Of a stretch of DNA of 62,735 nucleotides, positions 27,360 to 39,914 are shown one piece after another; within the stretch, counting starts at the first letter, position 1; each line of letters begins with the position of its first letter. The position numbers were made by a program, and so were the translations under genes. The stretch is taken from the NCBI RefSeq assembly GCF_000002075.1, contig NW_004797304.1, positions 1,040,454-1,103,188 of the forward strand, given 5' to 3'. Below the pieces are notes generated by a model. That model was not told the DNA's origin. It saw nothing but the letters and a program-made list of their open reading frames with translations, and ran no database searches. This DNA is from Aplysia californica. Its lineage: Eukaryota.

Positions 27360-27859
27360 GGTTAAAATGTCTCACACTGATGCAGTTTAGGTCATTTTGT
27401 GGGCAAGATCCTTTGATCCTGTCTGACAGGGCCAATGTACGTGAGGTAGGACTCAGCATCCCAGCAGGTAGAGATTAGATGGAGATACTAAATGAATTTT
27501 CCCACCGAGAATTTCCTATTCTGAATGCAATATATGATGAAAAGCTCAGATGTGATAATACCACAGATGCCAATTGGTGGTTTGTGGGTGCCCTGATGTG
27601 GTCTGTTTCTACTTCTTAGTAAATGTTCCTATCCCTACTTGCGTCTCAGCTAACTGTTTTTGTGCTGGCTCATCATAAAGTGTATTTTCATTTTCCAGCT
27701 GGAATAGCCATGTTCTGTAGAATGTGGTCGAAACTTCATGCATGCCATGTGTCTTAATTTTCTAAACATCATCTTACATCTTGATTATCATGATAAGATA
27801 CTAATAACAGGGTCCTTTCAATTGCTGTGCTCTCTTACTTTTTCTCAGTGAAGTGAAGT

Positions 27860-30800
27860 ATGGCTTTTGAGTCTACATCTGAGACAGCTCTTGCTCAGGC
27901 TTTGATGCTAGAAACAGTTTGGTTGAAGCAAGAATATGTGGAAGAGGCAGAGGCAGCCTTCCAGCAGATGTCTTTACATGATGACAAAGCAGAAACAAAT
28001 GAGCAGGTGAGTTTTACTATTTTTCCTGTGGGCCCTCATATTCTTGTGGAAATACTCAATCTTTATTAATAATATTTTAGTATAAATTGATCTAATAAAG
28101 AAGTATCTTGGAGCAGTAACCTGTCTTGAATAAGACTTCGTCAGTTTTTTAGTATTCATCTTGATGTTTGAAATGTTCAGGCTGAAGGGCTAGAACTCAA
28201 ATGGCCGCCGGATCGGAAAAGCAAAAGTAAAAAGTGTGTTTTAAATGTTGAATGGATATCCCATTTTGTGGGGGGGAAATATATTTATGACGTATAAGTC
28301 CAGTCCCTTTGGTTCTGTAGAATTTGAATATGTGTGGCATTTTCTGTTCTTGCCTGCAAACCAAAGTGAGGTACAAACTCTCCCTTTTCCTTCCAATCAC
28401 ATTGGTCTAGTAGTGCATATTTATGTATGTCATTCACTGGCTTAAGGCATTTCCTGAAAAGCAGGTCCTGAATTTTGTTTTCCCATCTCTCATCAATAAA
28501 AACACAAGATCATGTTTGTAATGCAGTTTCCTGGGGACCAGGGGTAGATCCTGCTTTTTTTCTTTCAGACTTTGTAAAAATTTTAACCTGAACTTAGCAA
28601 CACTTCTTTGTGCTTATGTGCTTCTCTTTACTCAAACAATTGAACATGTTCATTAACATCACATATTTTTAAAAATGTTTTTGTGATTTTTTAAGATATA
28701 ATATTTATTCTGACTGGTTGTCATCTCTTTTCAGGACAAGTATGAAACTTCCCCTCTCCTCCTGGAACATGTCTGGCTCATGCAGCAGACGTACGAGAAT
28801 GCCGAGGCCTGGTGTCAGAAAGTTGCTGTTGGAACCGCAGATTTCAGTTCATTGAAGTTGGATCCCGTTCCTGGGACGCCTACCAAAGTAAGTGAACTGG
28901 TACTTGCACTACAAAATTGGGCTGATAGAGCCGTAAAACATGCAGACTGTAATTTTTATTCTAAAAGAAGATAATGCTTTCTTTCCTTTTTCCTTTTTAT
29001 GAAGTTTCTCTCTNNNNNNNNNNNNNNNNNNNNNNNNNNNNNNNNNNNNNNNNNNNNNNNNNNNNNNNNNNNNNNNNNNNNNNNNNNNNNNNNNNNNNNN
29101 NNNNNNNNNNNNNNNNNNNNNNNNNNNNNNNNNNNNNNNNNNNNNNNNNNNNNNNNNNNNNNNNNNNNNNNNNNNNNNNNNNNNNNNNNNNNNNNNNNNN
29201 NNNNNNNCCCTCTCTCCCTCACCCCCCCTCTCTCTCCTCTCTTTCTCTCTCAATGGGTTGTTTTCAGCGTGCTGTTCTAATGCCCTATATATAGAATATG
29301 TATGTACACATTAAAAATTGGAATCTGATTATTAAGAATGTACCGTTTTCGGTTTGTAAGTGCTGTTTCATGTGCTTGTGTACTGGATTTAATGAGGCAT
29401 AGTTATGACATTTTTCCTGTTTTTTAGATTTTGTTGTTGCATGCTACTTCTGGTTATTTATGACGATGTAAGAATATGGGATAATTCCTAACAAGCAAGG
29501 GTCTTGGCATATTGACACATTCTCTAAATGTTTTTGTTAAGATCTCCTCAGCTCCTACTCCGTGGGTGACCAGTTTTTGGGATATTGATGTCCTTGGACA
29601 TTACCAAGATACCTGTTAGCAGAATGTTTCCTGTAAAGCTTTAACCTATCACATCTTTTTTTCAAAGCTCCACCTTAGTGAAAAAGCTTCAATTTATTTT
29701 GCTCAGCACTTTGTAAAAACAGGAGTCATATTACTTGTTTACCATTGTATTGCACATTTAGGTTTGTATGCCTATGTATTTTGGACATCAGTTTTTTGGG
29801 GTTTTTTGTTTGTTTCAGCGTACACACATTCAGGATGACTTATCTAAATCCAAAAAGCTGAGAGCTGAGGGTAGTGCAGAGTCATGGGAGAAAAAGCTTC
29901 ATGAAGAGATGTCAACCTTGGGAAAGAGTGCGAAAAACATTCACAAGCATCTTGATGAATTTCAAAAGGTAATACCATGATGATGTTAGTTTTTTAGTTT
30001 AGTTTAGTTATAGTAAGGTTTTTACGGCATTCGCAAAACTGCATAAGGTCATATGAGCGCCAATGGGAGGATGTCAACAGAGAAGTCCAAACGGGGAATC
30101 AGGCTTACTCTGTTCACCTCTCTAGCCTCAACAGCACAAAGTCTGCTTCATCTGTCAAGGCACCCCGGAAATGGCAGTTCACAAGAGAGTGACAAAGATA
30201 CTAAAGAAGTAGAGGGAAAATGACGATAGTAAGAATGAGGACAGAAAAAGCAGCAGTTTCCCTTATGCTGTTCCGGCACAGTATGAGCATGACATTGATA
30301 AATCAGCCCATGTACAATTCTACTAGGCATAAGAACATGCTAATATTCCCCTATTCCCCCTTTGGGAATAGCCTAAAGATAACTTCAGTCAGTAGCACTG
30401 CCCTGGTGAGGAGGTTTAGTTTTTTAATATATCACTGTTACGTACAGGGGGTTTGAATTATGCTCAGGTGTTTAATGTCTAGATCCATTTCTCTATTGCC
30501 CCCTTGCTGTTTGTTTTTGTATTTAATTACAGGCATAAAGGATACTTGTGCTCCTACTTAGGCCACTGTTTGCAGGATCACATTGTGGAATGGCTAGGTT
30601 TAGTTGTTTTTTTATATGGTTTTTTTTTGGGGGGGGGGGGGTTGTTTTTGGTTGGGGGGGGGGGGTTGTTTTTGGTTGGGGGGGGGGGGGGGGTTCTTTG
30701 CACTGTCATAATTGGCATTGTCAGAGATTGTCTTAGTGATTTTGTTTGGGCGTAGTTTGTTTGCCTCTCCCATTTTGCTTTGGGGATCAAGTGCTGAATA

Positions 30801-33800
30801 TTTTTTGAAAAACAGTAAAATTATTCATCTTTAGTGTGTGTTTCTTGTGTAAATGAGACATTAGCTGTTGAAAAGCTGACATTGTAAATATGTTCTGAAT
30901 GTAAGAACCTTATATTTGAAGAAGTTATGCTGAATTAAGCTGGAATAGATTTACTGACATTTTTAGGGTGGATAATTGGGATCACTTTAGAGGTGATTTT
31001 GCAGAAGAAAAAAAATCCCTACTGCTATCTTTCCTTTCAATACTTTTTAATGCCTGGTATATTTAATTTCATCTAGGGTGGTTGGAGGGTGCCGCTGGTA
31101 GGTCCTACTTCTTTACATTTCCTTTGTTATTTCTGTCTTTCTTGTCTTCCTTTTCCCCAGCGCTAAATTACCATTATTTTGCCGATGTGCTTCTCTTCAC
31201 TCAAACAAACAAATAATTGTTTCCATGTTTTGTGTCATAGAATCTTTATTGTCAGACATTGAAACCTGTTCTTATTCCTTTCTCCTTTGTCAGACCCAAC
31301 AAAGAAAGGCCCAAGCCATCCAGGACACCGTGATGCGCTTGAATAATGCTATTGAAGCCTGTCAGAACCGACTGAGTGAAGAACTGTCCCAAAGCTCATC
31401 CCAGATTGCTTGGTTCAGAACACTTCTTCAGGACGTTGACTCTGTCATTTCTAAGACAAATGAGAATTTGCAAGGATCTAACTGGGGACAGAGCAAGCAT
31501 CTTGCCTCTTTCTGCCAAACTATGGCAGACCGAATGTCCAAGATTGACAGCAACTTAAATAAGTGCATTGAATCATGCAGTGGATTGCAAGCGGAGGTGC
31601 CCAAATCAGAAATAAATCGGATTGTTGGAGAGATTGGAAAGCTGTCTTTGTTTAAAAAGAAACAAGGGACTGAGAAGTTTGGACAGAAGCAGGAGTTGGT
31701 GTCAAAAATGCTGAAGGAGTTGATGAGGGACCGACATGAGCTGGATTTGGTTCGACCTTCTGATTCCTCTGATAGTAGTATGGAAGGAAATGTTAGTAGC
31801 TCGTTCTCCACTCCAGATTCTGACAGTGAGAAAGATTCAAACAAGAAAAAAGCTCAAAAGATGAAGAAGGATAAGAGGAGCAAGAACCTGCAGAAAAGTT
31901 CGACCCACCTATCTGTCACTGGAAACAGGAACAATAACAATGTGGCAACAACAACAAAATCTCAGTCAAAGCAAAACAAAAGACTCAAATCTGCTCCCAA
32001 TGGCCAAAAAATGAATGGAAACCAGGGGAGTGTGTCCACGCCAAAGAAGAGAAATGCACAAGGCTCCCAAAGCGCAGCGCAGAAAAAGCAAGACGTCTTC
32101 AAGTTCAAGGGGAGTTCCCAGGCCACCAAGTCCCCATTCTTTCATCAGCCTGGAATACTAGGGCCAAGACCAAATGCTTTTGGCCAGGGGGACTTGCCTC
32201 AGCACGGGTCTTTCAGGTTTCAAAATTTCAACAGTTTAGGCCAAGGTCCTCATTCTGTTGGGAATATAAGTGGCATCCACTCTTTGCCCGGGAGTGGATA
32301 CCCGCATCTGGCAGGTGCTGGGAACTTCAGCTTCTCTGGGTTGCAGCAAAATGTGGGCCTTGATGTTGGCTTACAGGGTCAGAGTATGAATTTTAGTATG
32401 TCTGAAGGTAGGGATTTTGATCGTGGGTATGGTAACCATCTGAAGCAGTCTAAACTTTTCCAGATGCAAGAAAATCAGGGCAGAGATTCAGGGTTTGGGT
32501 ATGCTTATGGTCATGGACTGTCGGGCCGGGCTGCGTTTGGCGGGAACGTGGAGCAACAGTTGAACGACATCGCCCAGAAGCTGCGTCAGATGCAGCTCGT
32601 GGCCACCCAGGACTACCAGCTTCAGCAGCTCATGCAGGAGACGCAGCGGCTCAAGCAGATCCTGGCCCAGAAGCAGCACCCGCAGCATCAGCACCGCGAC
32701 CACTTCCAGCAGCAGTTTCAGGTGCTGATCAACGCTTTCCTGCAGCAGCAGCAGATGCAGGCCCAGCAGCAGCCACAGCCCAAGATGGCCAAGTCCATGC
32801 CGTCCCACCAGCAGCGCATGTTCCACAACCGGCAGCACCACCTGCACCAGCAGCAGAAGAAGCAAAAGCAACAGCAAAATAAGTTTCAGGCTGTCAGGCA
32901 GGAGGTTCGGAGCAAGCAGGAGGCGACGCAGAATCAAATTCAGGGTCAGAGAAAAGGAGGAACAGTAGCCTCCGAGAAAAAAGGGAAGCAAGATTCTGCC
33001 ACTAACTCAGGTAGCGGGGTAAGGAGTGGGCCGAGAAAGCTGCCAAATAAAAATTCAAAACTTGTCAGAATCGGGATGTTCAACCCTTTTGCCCAGGGTG
33101 ACAAGCACCGCGCGAGTGTGAGCTCTATGGTCGTGCTGGAAGAGATCGGCTGCTTGGTGGTTGTGGACATCATCAACAGTTGTCTAAAGCTCTATGATGT
33201 CAGCGACGACGGTTCCTCTAGCAGTAGCCTCAACCATCGTCTAGTGACGCGACTCGAGCTACCCCGACCATACCACATGACACAGCTCGCCCCCGATAAG
33301 ATCGTCATCAGCCGAGCTGGGAACACCCTCAGTGTGGTCAAGGTCTCCAAGCGAAGGCTTGAATTTCTCCGCGACTTGAAGACCAATGCACAGTATTTTG
33401 GTCTGACCTACGTAGAGGAAGGCGTTGTTGCATGTGCAGCTTTCAAGGATGATAGAATTGACCTTGTCTGTATTCAAGATGATCTGATGGAAGTAGGAAT
33501 TCTGGTCAGTGATTGCAAAGGCCCTGAACTTGTTGCCAGTTTGGGGGCCACTAATAGTATTGTATTTGTTGAACGCACGCAAGATATTTGCATCCGTCTG
33601 GTGTGTGTCAGCACTGAAGGAACTCAGCTATTTGCGAATGACCTCGACTCTGAGCCAAGCGATGTGTGGAATGTGGCATGCATTGGAGATCGAATCGTCT
33701 GCAGCAGCAAACGTGACAATAAGCTGAAACTTTACTCGAGAAACGGGAATTTCCTGGCAGATCTGACCTCACCTGGAGGCACGCTGAAGAAACCATTTGC

Positions 33801-33909
33801 TCTGGCTTTCAGTGACTCTGGGAACTTGTATGTGGCGAATGATGGTGCATGGGATGAGGAGTTCAAGCACAATGTCACGACGGAAATTAATGTGTTTGGC
33901 TTTTCATGA
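27860..33909 (+). CDS. ~1021-aa protein: two EF-1-delta-like N-terminal motifs + coiled coil + low-complexity/Q-rich linker + C-terminal NHL-like six-bladed beta-propeller (TRIM-NHL-related, no RING/B-box)
   Basis: Coding exons 27860-28006 (49 aa), 28735-28887 (51 aa), 29819-29968 (50 aa) and 31294-33909 (871 aa + stop). All have pyrimidine-rich CAG acceptors and GT(A/G)A donors, and all introns are phase 0. An in-frame TGA at 27854-27856 sits just before the ATG. The C-terminus has NHL-type blades (LVVVDIINSCLKLYD; KLKLYSRNGNFL; LKKPFALAFSDSGNLYVAN). Confidence 0.85.
31294..33909 (+). CDS. Large terminal exon of the NHL-propeller gene (coiled coil, K/S-rich, G/N/F-rich and poly-Q segments, beta-propeller)
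   Basis: Uninterrupted 2.6-kb ORF. The true start is the acceptor tcctttgtcag|ACC at 31293/31294; the first 23 codons of the ORF-track entry are intronic. Confidence 0.93.
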   Translation, partial: TQQRKAQAIQDTVMRLNNAIEACQNRLSEELSQSSSQIAWFRTLLQDVDSVISKTNENLQGSNWGQSKHLASFCQTMADRMSKIDSNLNKCIESCSGLQAEVPKSEINRIVGEIGKLSLFKKKQGTEKFGQKQELVSKMLKELMRDRHELDLVRPSDSSDSSMEGNVSSSFSTPDSDSEKDSNKKKAQKMKKDKRSKNLQKSSTHLSVTGNRNNNNVATTTKSQSKQNKRLKSAPNGQKMNGNQGSVSTPKKRNAQGSQSAAQKKQDVFKFKGSSQATKSPFFHQPGILGPRPNAFGQGDLPQHGSFRFQNFNSLGQGPHSVGNISGIHSLPGSGYPHLAGAGNFSFSGLQQNVGLDVGLQGQSMNFSMSEGRDFDRGYGNHLKQSKLFQMQENQGRDSGFGYAYGHGLSGRAAFGGNVEQQLNDIAQKLRQMQLVATQDYQLQQLMQETQRLKQILAQKQHPQHQHRDHFQQQFQVLINAFLQQQQMQAQQQPQPKMAKSMPSHQQRMFHNRQHHLHQQQKKQKQQQNKFQAVRQEVRSKQEATQNQIQGQRKGGTVASEKKGKQDSATNSGSGVRSGPRKLPNKNSKLVRIGMFNPFAQGDKHRASVSSMVVLEEIGCLVVVDIINSCLKLYDVSDDGSSSSSLNHRLVTRLELPRPYHMTQLAPDKIVISRAGNTLSVVKVSKRRLEFLRDLKTNAQYFGLTYVEEGVVACAAFKDDRIDLVCIQDDLMEVGILVSDCKGPELVASLGATNSIVFVERTQDICIRLVCVSTEGTQLFANDLDSEPSDVWNVACIGDRIVCSSKRDNKLKLYSRNGNFLADLTSPGGTLKKPFALAFSDSGNLYVANDGAWDEEFKHNVTTEINVFGFS

Positions 33910-36900
33910 AGGTAGTTCTGATTTCTTTGTTCTGTGGTGTGGTGCTTCTGGATGGTGAATACAAGTGCTATGTAATTACAGAGATATATGTGCTTGCCTT
34001 TTCATGAAATTGGTTTAATTGCTTTTCAGAGTTCATTGTTGAATTTGATAAATTTGATTGTTGGTGTTCAATTTGTTATGATGTTTTTGTCACTTTTTTA
34101 CTTTAGTTTGAAATGGCTTCTTTTGAAGTTTGGGTGGGGAGTAGAATGAACAGTGCTTGATATTTACGAATTTGATGGACATTATATTTCATAAGAATGT
34201 GAATCTGATCTGTGTTGAAAGTGTGTATCATATTATTGACAGTTGGATCTATACAAATGTTGGAATTATCCTCCTCAATGAATGTACTTCAACTGGTACT
34301 GATTTTACTTTATTGTGTTAATTTGCTGCACACTATGTGTTGAAGTTCTGTTGTTTAAAGCGTACGGTCCATTGTTTTATTTTTTGCTCATTTTATATTA
34401 GTGTGATGCAAGAATAAGAGGAACAAGTTCAAAACTTGATGTTTGTTTAGCAGATTTTCTTTTCATTCAAATTTTCCATGCTGTCATTCATACTGTTCCA
34501 TTTGTTATCTTTATTTTTCATTGTAAAAATTGTTTGTGTTGACATATTGACATTCATGTGACACTTATTTCAGTACACCCTTTCACTTCATCTTTTTCAA
34601 GAGCTTGCTGACACTCTCTATTTTAGTTTTCAGTTTGGCTGGGGGGTTTTTGGGGGTTTTTTTTAGGGGGGAGAGGTGACATATTTTGCAATGAGTGTAC
34701 TTGGCTAGCTTAAAGTTCACGGATATTAGTTTTCCCCCCTCCCCAATTTTCTCAGAAGCACTTTGAAAAGCTTATTGTCTTTAAACTGACTGGCCAGCTT
34801 GGGATGAGATCTGCCTTCTGGGGATAAAGCCCAGTTTAGAATAATGCTCTTGTCATTCTTTTTTCTTTATGTAGTACTTCATGTATTACTCACTTTTCAA
34901 TCTCACTGTTGAATCATCAGAAGACTACTATATGTCACCCGACATTGCAGGTCAGATCTTTTGTTTGTGCACAGAATGCGACTGACCCTATTTGACTTTC
35001 GGGTTGAGTTTTGTGAAGCAAAACAGAGGTCTATTTGATCTTGTGTGCTCTGGCTAGTGCTGTTTCAGGATGCATCCTGGTCTTATCTGATCTTGCAGAT
35101 CAAGTCTATTTGACTAATATGCACCCTGCCTTGGCAATATTTGCTATGGTTGAAGTATAGATGTGATTCGGCCCCATGGTATGTAATTGGGTGGTTGGAT
35201 GACTGAGGACAAACCTACTGTCTTAACTCTGTCTCTCGCACACCTAGTTATCTTGTCTTCATAACTCTACTTTATGTCGTCTTGGAGGATGTACATCAGA
35301 CATCTTTTCTTATGCTTTAAATACTGTACCCATCTCATGATGCTTAACACAGGAACTTATTATGAATATATTAGAGCCATCTATGAACTTATCTTGCCTT
35401 TTACTTTCTTCCTTTGGTGTCTGTGGTGTAGTGGCTAATTGTTTGAGCATCACAATCAGAAGTTACAAGTTTGACACCAGTGTGTGGAGGTTTTTTTTTT
35501 TAGGATCTCTGTCTGTCTGCTGGGGCATTGTATTATTACTCTCAGCCCAGGATGCCCTTGAAAGGCAGGGTCAAAGCAGCCAGCCTTCTTAATGATCAAA
35601 ATTTTGTCGATGGGGGAGTAAAACATCAACAGCTATAATTATAAGTACTTTTTTGTCTCTCTGATTGTGTCTGACTGTGAATCTTTCAGATAGATTCCAG
35701 AGACTAGAAATTTTAGAAGTTCCTATTGGTTTTTTAAAATATTTTTTTATATAATTTTTTTTTTTAAAGTTCACATGACGACTATGAACTTGGTACATAT
35801 TGTATGTTTTGCATGATTTTATCTGTTATTATGTTCATTATTTCGTTGTCCTAAAAGTTGTTATGATTTATTGCATGTTGCAACTTGCTATCTTGTCTCT
35901 GTGTATTGTATCTCTGACTTTTCTCTGTGCTTGACTTTTCACTGCCAGTGCTACTTTTTGCTTGGAAAACTCAAGGCTGCTTGATGTTAGCAGCTGTTTG
36001 TATTTGAAAAGAATATTGTCTGGCACTACCAGTTTTGCATCATTTTGTAGCTCGACAAGTGGTCGGCACCTAATTGTGTGAATAGGGTATCAGGTATTAT
36101 TCTCTATGTGAGTTTTTCTACTGTATAATGTTTGAGCATTTCTGCAGTTACTTGTGGAGACCTCTGGTATTCTCTATGTCATGTAACAATGTATTAAGTG
36201 TCATGTCATTCTATGGTTAGTTGACAAAATGAACAACGTTGACAGAGCAACCTTCCTGGCTTGGACTGCCGCCAGTGAGTGTAGCGATTTGGCGCTTTGC
36301 CTTCACAGGCAGAAGGCTTATTTTCAGTTCTCATGTGGGGAGATTTTTTATCGAGTATCTTTGTCTCTCTGCAAAGGCGTTGTGCGTTGTATCCCTCTCA
36401 GCCCACATCGCCCCTGACAGGCAGATTCGAAGCTACCCACTTCCTATATGATATGTTTTGTTGATGGATGCCCAAAACATCTACAACAACTGTGTGTCTA
36501 GCAATATCATATATGGGGCAGTTAGTCCTGAGGTGGCTGTGTTCCTAAATTGCTACTTATGTCGTCTCATTGACACTTGTCTTTTTTTTTTTTTTTTTCC
36601 ATTGGTCTCTCTTGATCTAACGTATTCTGTGTGTTCGGTGGTTCACATTGTAAACTGCCTTCAGAGTGAAGAGCAGGTATTCTAATCCATATCTATGTAG
36701 CATGTCTTCAAACTAACTCCTTCTCTTTCTTGCTTTAAAAATGTACTCTTTCCTGGTTGAAGTTTTGGATCGCTTTCTCCAAGTGATGAATACGGATTGT
36801 CTGTATAAGCTGCTGGGTGACATGCTTTTGATTCATATCTAAGTTTGTGAAAATTTCCCGCTCAGTGAGATCAAGCAGCGTGTTATGGAAGGTTTAAAGC

Positions 36901-38930
36901 AGTACATGTATTTTGTTCCTCTTCCTTTTAACCTTTACATGTTTCTGAGTTTTGAGTATTTAATCCACAGTTTGGCTTGACCAATGGTCAAAGCATCATG
37001 CTTTCTTTGTGTTTCTGTGGTATTTTATTAACCATTGCTACTGGTATGTAGTTGACTTAAAAGGTTTTGAACTCTAAACATTCACTCTAGATGAAAAGCC
37101 TACCTCTCGTTTTTTTTTTCCACTACATTAGATGTCTCTTGTCTTGTGTTCTAACCACACATGGTTTTCCTTTTTCTGTATCCTGAGTCGCTTGCTCTGG
37201 ATCCTGTTACTCTTGTGAAAATGAAGACAGATTTTTTTTCCCCCTCGTCCACTAAATGTGCTTTAAAACGATAGCATCAAATTCGATGTTTTGTTTCGTG
37301 TTTACTTTTTTATTCTTTCTTTGTGTTCATTTTCTGTTAATTCTGACAAGCTTATGAAAGCACATGCATAACACCTTCATCTTTGTTCGCTCAAAACTGT
37401 TATTTTATTTGGTTTCGGTATTATTTGGGGGGTTTTTCCCTGTCAAGGTCATGAACACATTTTGGCATAACAAGAAATAATAATAATTTTTACATTTTCC
37501 AGTGAAACTTACCTGTATGTCAGCCTGGAACCATGTTACTGAAATGAAAAAGGCATTATTTTTTGTAAACTGTTCAGCCTTTTATATCTCTTGCTATTTT
37601 TTTTTTCAAAAGTATTATAATTATAATGTAGAGAAGTAAAGCTAAAGATGTTTTTTTTCAATGATTAGTATAGTTGGATGATTGTGGTAAGTCACTTGTA
37701 GACTTGTAATTGTAAAGAGTAACAGTAAACATATGAGCCATTCTTGTCTTTCCATTTGTGGAGATTTAGACTTGTGTCAGTATACCTGCCTGATGGTAAG
37801 ACGAACTCTGCTTACCAGTGCAAATTTACTTGATACAGAGCTTAAGAGTGGTGTTTTCCCTTTTACATTAAGACAAATTCAAACATAGGAAGCCCCTAGG
37901 TGTTTCGTTGGGGAGGGGGGGGGGGGGGGAGGGTGAAGACAGGAGGAGAGAAAGGTATTAAAATTTTGTTCAGGGAGTGAAATGCATGTCACTAAATTTT
38001 TTTTAAAGAGTTGAAAAGGATTACCCCCATTAGGCTTTAAAAAAGGTGATTACGTGATTTGAATTTCATTTTTTCACAATACTAAATGTAAAGGCATCGC
38101 TGATGATATAGAAATCGTGTGTCTCGTATGGCCTTTTTTATTCTTATGGCTTAGAGGATGCCGGTCGCTCAGTTTATATCATTATTATAGACTGGTGCGG
38201 ATTCTTAGGTTGAATCTAGTTTTGAGGAGTTCTTGAATTTGTAGTTGTGTAGATACTGTAGTTTTTCTAGGCTTACCACGCTCCTGGCTCATTTGTATGA
38301 AAGTTTCAAAGATAGAAGTTAAATCCAGCAATCCTGTATCTTAAGTGACATTGCAGCATTTCGAGGAATGTTATACTCACATGGTACTTTGCTTTGATAG
38401 TTCCAGCATTTTTTATGGTAGATTAGCATTCTGCTCTCTCTGTTAAATTTATTATTGGTTGTGACCATAACTTAAACAGTCATGAGAATGAATCTTGTCT
38501 AATACACTTCTGATTTTGTCTTCTGCGTATGAGAGAAAAGGAAGGACAATGTATGTGTTAATTACAAAAGTTGTTGAATTTTTCTCTGTGCAAGTAGGCT
38601 ACAAATTCTGACTTAGTGGAGTATGATGAGCATTGTTTGTAATTAAGGCAGATGCTGTCAGAGGTTAATACCTGTTTGTAAAACGTATGCAAGGAAAGCT
38701 ACAATTTTTTTAGATTGAAAAATATGGGTAATTTAAATATTTGTTTGTTTTGGGTTGGGTTTTTTTCATCAGATTTGATATGAAACCCAAAGTGAAATCT
38801 GTAACTACATTGGAGATATATGGAATCTGCATTAAAGAAATAAGTAGGAGATTTTAAATTCAAAATTGTTATTGTGTTACATTCCATGTGCTTCATGAGT
38901 GGTTCTGAATAAAGTTTTGAAAAGTAATAA
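33910..38930 (+). other. Probable long (~5 kb) 3' UTR of the NHL-propeller gene
   Basis: U-rich tract, largely free of the interspersed repeats seen elsewhere in the window. It ends in AATAAA at 38908-38913 followed by a GT/T-rich downstream element. Confidence 0.5.
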
Positions 38931-39914
38931 TTGTTTTTGGGTTGTCAGTTTTGTCGTCAAAAAGGTATCACTGCTACTGATCCTCTTGCATGTAATCTTC
39001 TTCTGTAACTAGTTCAACAACCCCAATCCTCTTTTTGTGTTGTTGGTAGTTCCTGTTCATAATTGAGTTTTGTTTCCTTCGTTCTTATTTTTCATGTACA
39101 TCTAGTTTATTAGTTTTTGTTTCTTTTATATGTGAAGGGGGGTATTTTCTTGGGGTGGGTGAGGCCAAATTGAGTCAGGCACAGACGTACATTTATGTAT
39201 ATAATGCCTGTAGGACGATACTGGTATGGATCCTTCTTTTATTATCACCTAGTTGTTTCTATTTCTGTATCTATGTCTGTGCTGCTTTTTTCCTGCGCCA
39301 ATTAATCTCTATCACGTCAGTGAGTTTATTTTTACCCCCCCCCCNNNNNNNNNNNNNNNNNNNNNNNNNNNNNNNNNNNNNNNNNNNNNNNNNNNNNNNN
39401 NNNNNNNNNNNNNNNNNNNNNNNNNNNNNNNNNNNNNNNNNNNNCCCACCCCCCCGTCTCTTTCTCTCNNNNNNNNNNNNNNNNNNNNNNNNNNNNNNNN
39501 NNNNNNNNNNNNNNNNNNNNNNNNNNNNNNNNNNNNNNNNNNNNNNNNNNNNNNNNNNNNNNNNNNNNNNNNNNNNNNNNNNNNNNNNNNNNNNNNNNNN
39601 NNNNNNNNNNNNNNNNNNNNCTCCTTCCTCCTCACACCCATGTTTAGTACTTTTTGTTCATTCCTTTTAAATTCAAGGGAAGATAGGAAAGAAATATGGA
39701 AGCAGAAAATGGACAATTTCATAAGAAAGAGAAGAGAGATTGACACTGACTTAGTGGGTCTGTTGTCGCCTTCTGCACTTGTTGTTACTGTACTGTAATG
39801 TCTTTCCCTTCGTGCAAAAATAAAGTGTCCCCCTTCGAGGAAAAATATAACGTGCTTATACGCACGTATTTTATTTCATCTTTACGATGTAGTGCCAGAT
39901 TTGAAACCGACGTT

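Noticed and set aside
27699-27760. Possible upstream Cys/His exon (CSVECGRNFMHAMC) as a B-box remnant
   Set aside because: The spacing does not fit a B-box or RING, no suitable donor was found, and an in-frame stop precedes the 27860 ATG.
31225-31293. ORF-track start MFCVIESLL... of the 894-aa ORF
   Set aside because: It is the polypyrimidine tract and acceptor of the preceding intron; the exon begins at 31294.
32488-32991. 167-aa Leu-rich minus-strand ORF
   Set aside because: Antisense shadow (CTG) of the poly-Q (CAG) coding block.
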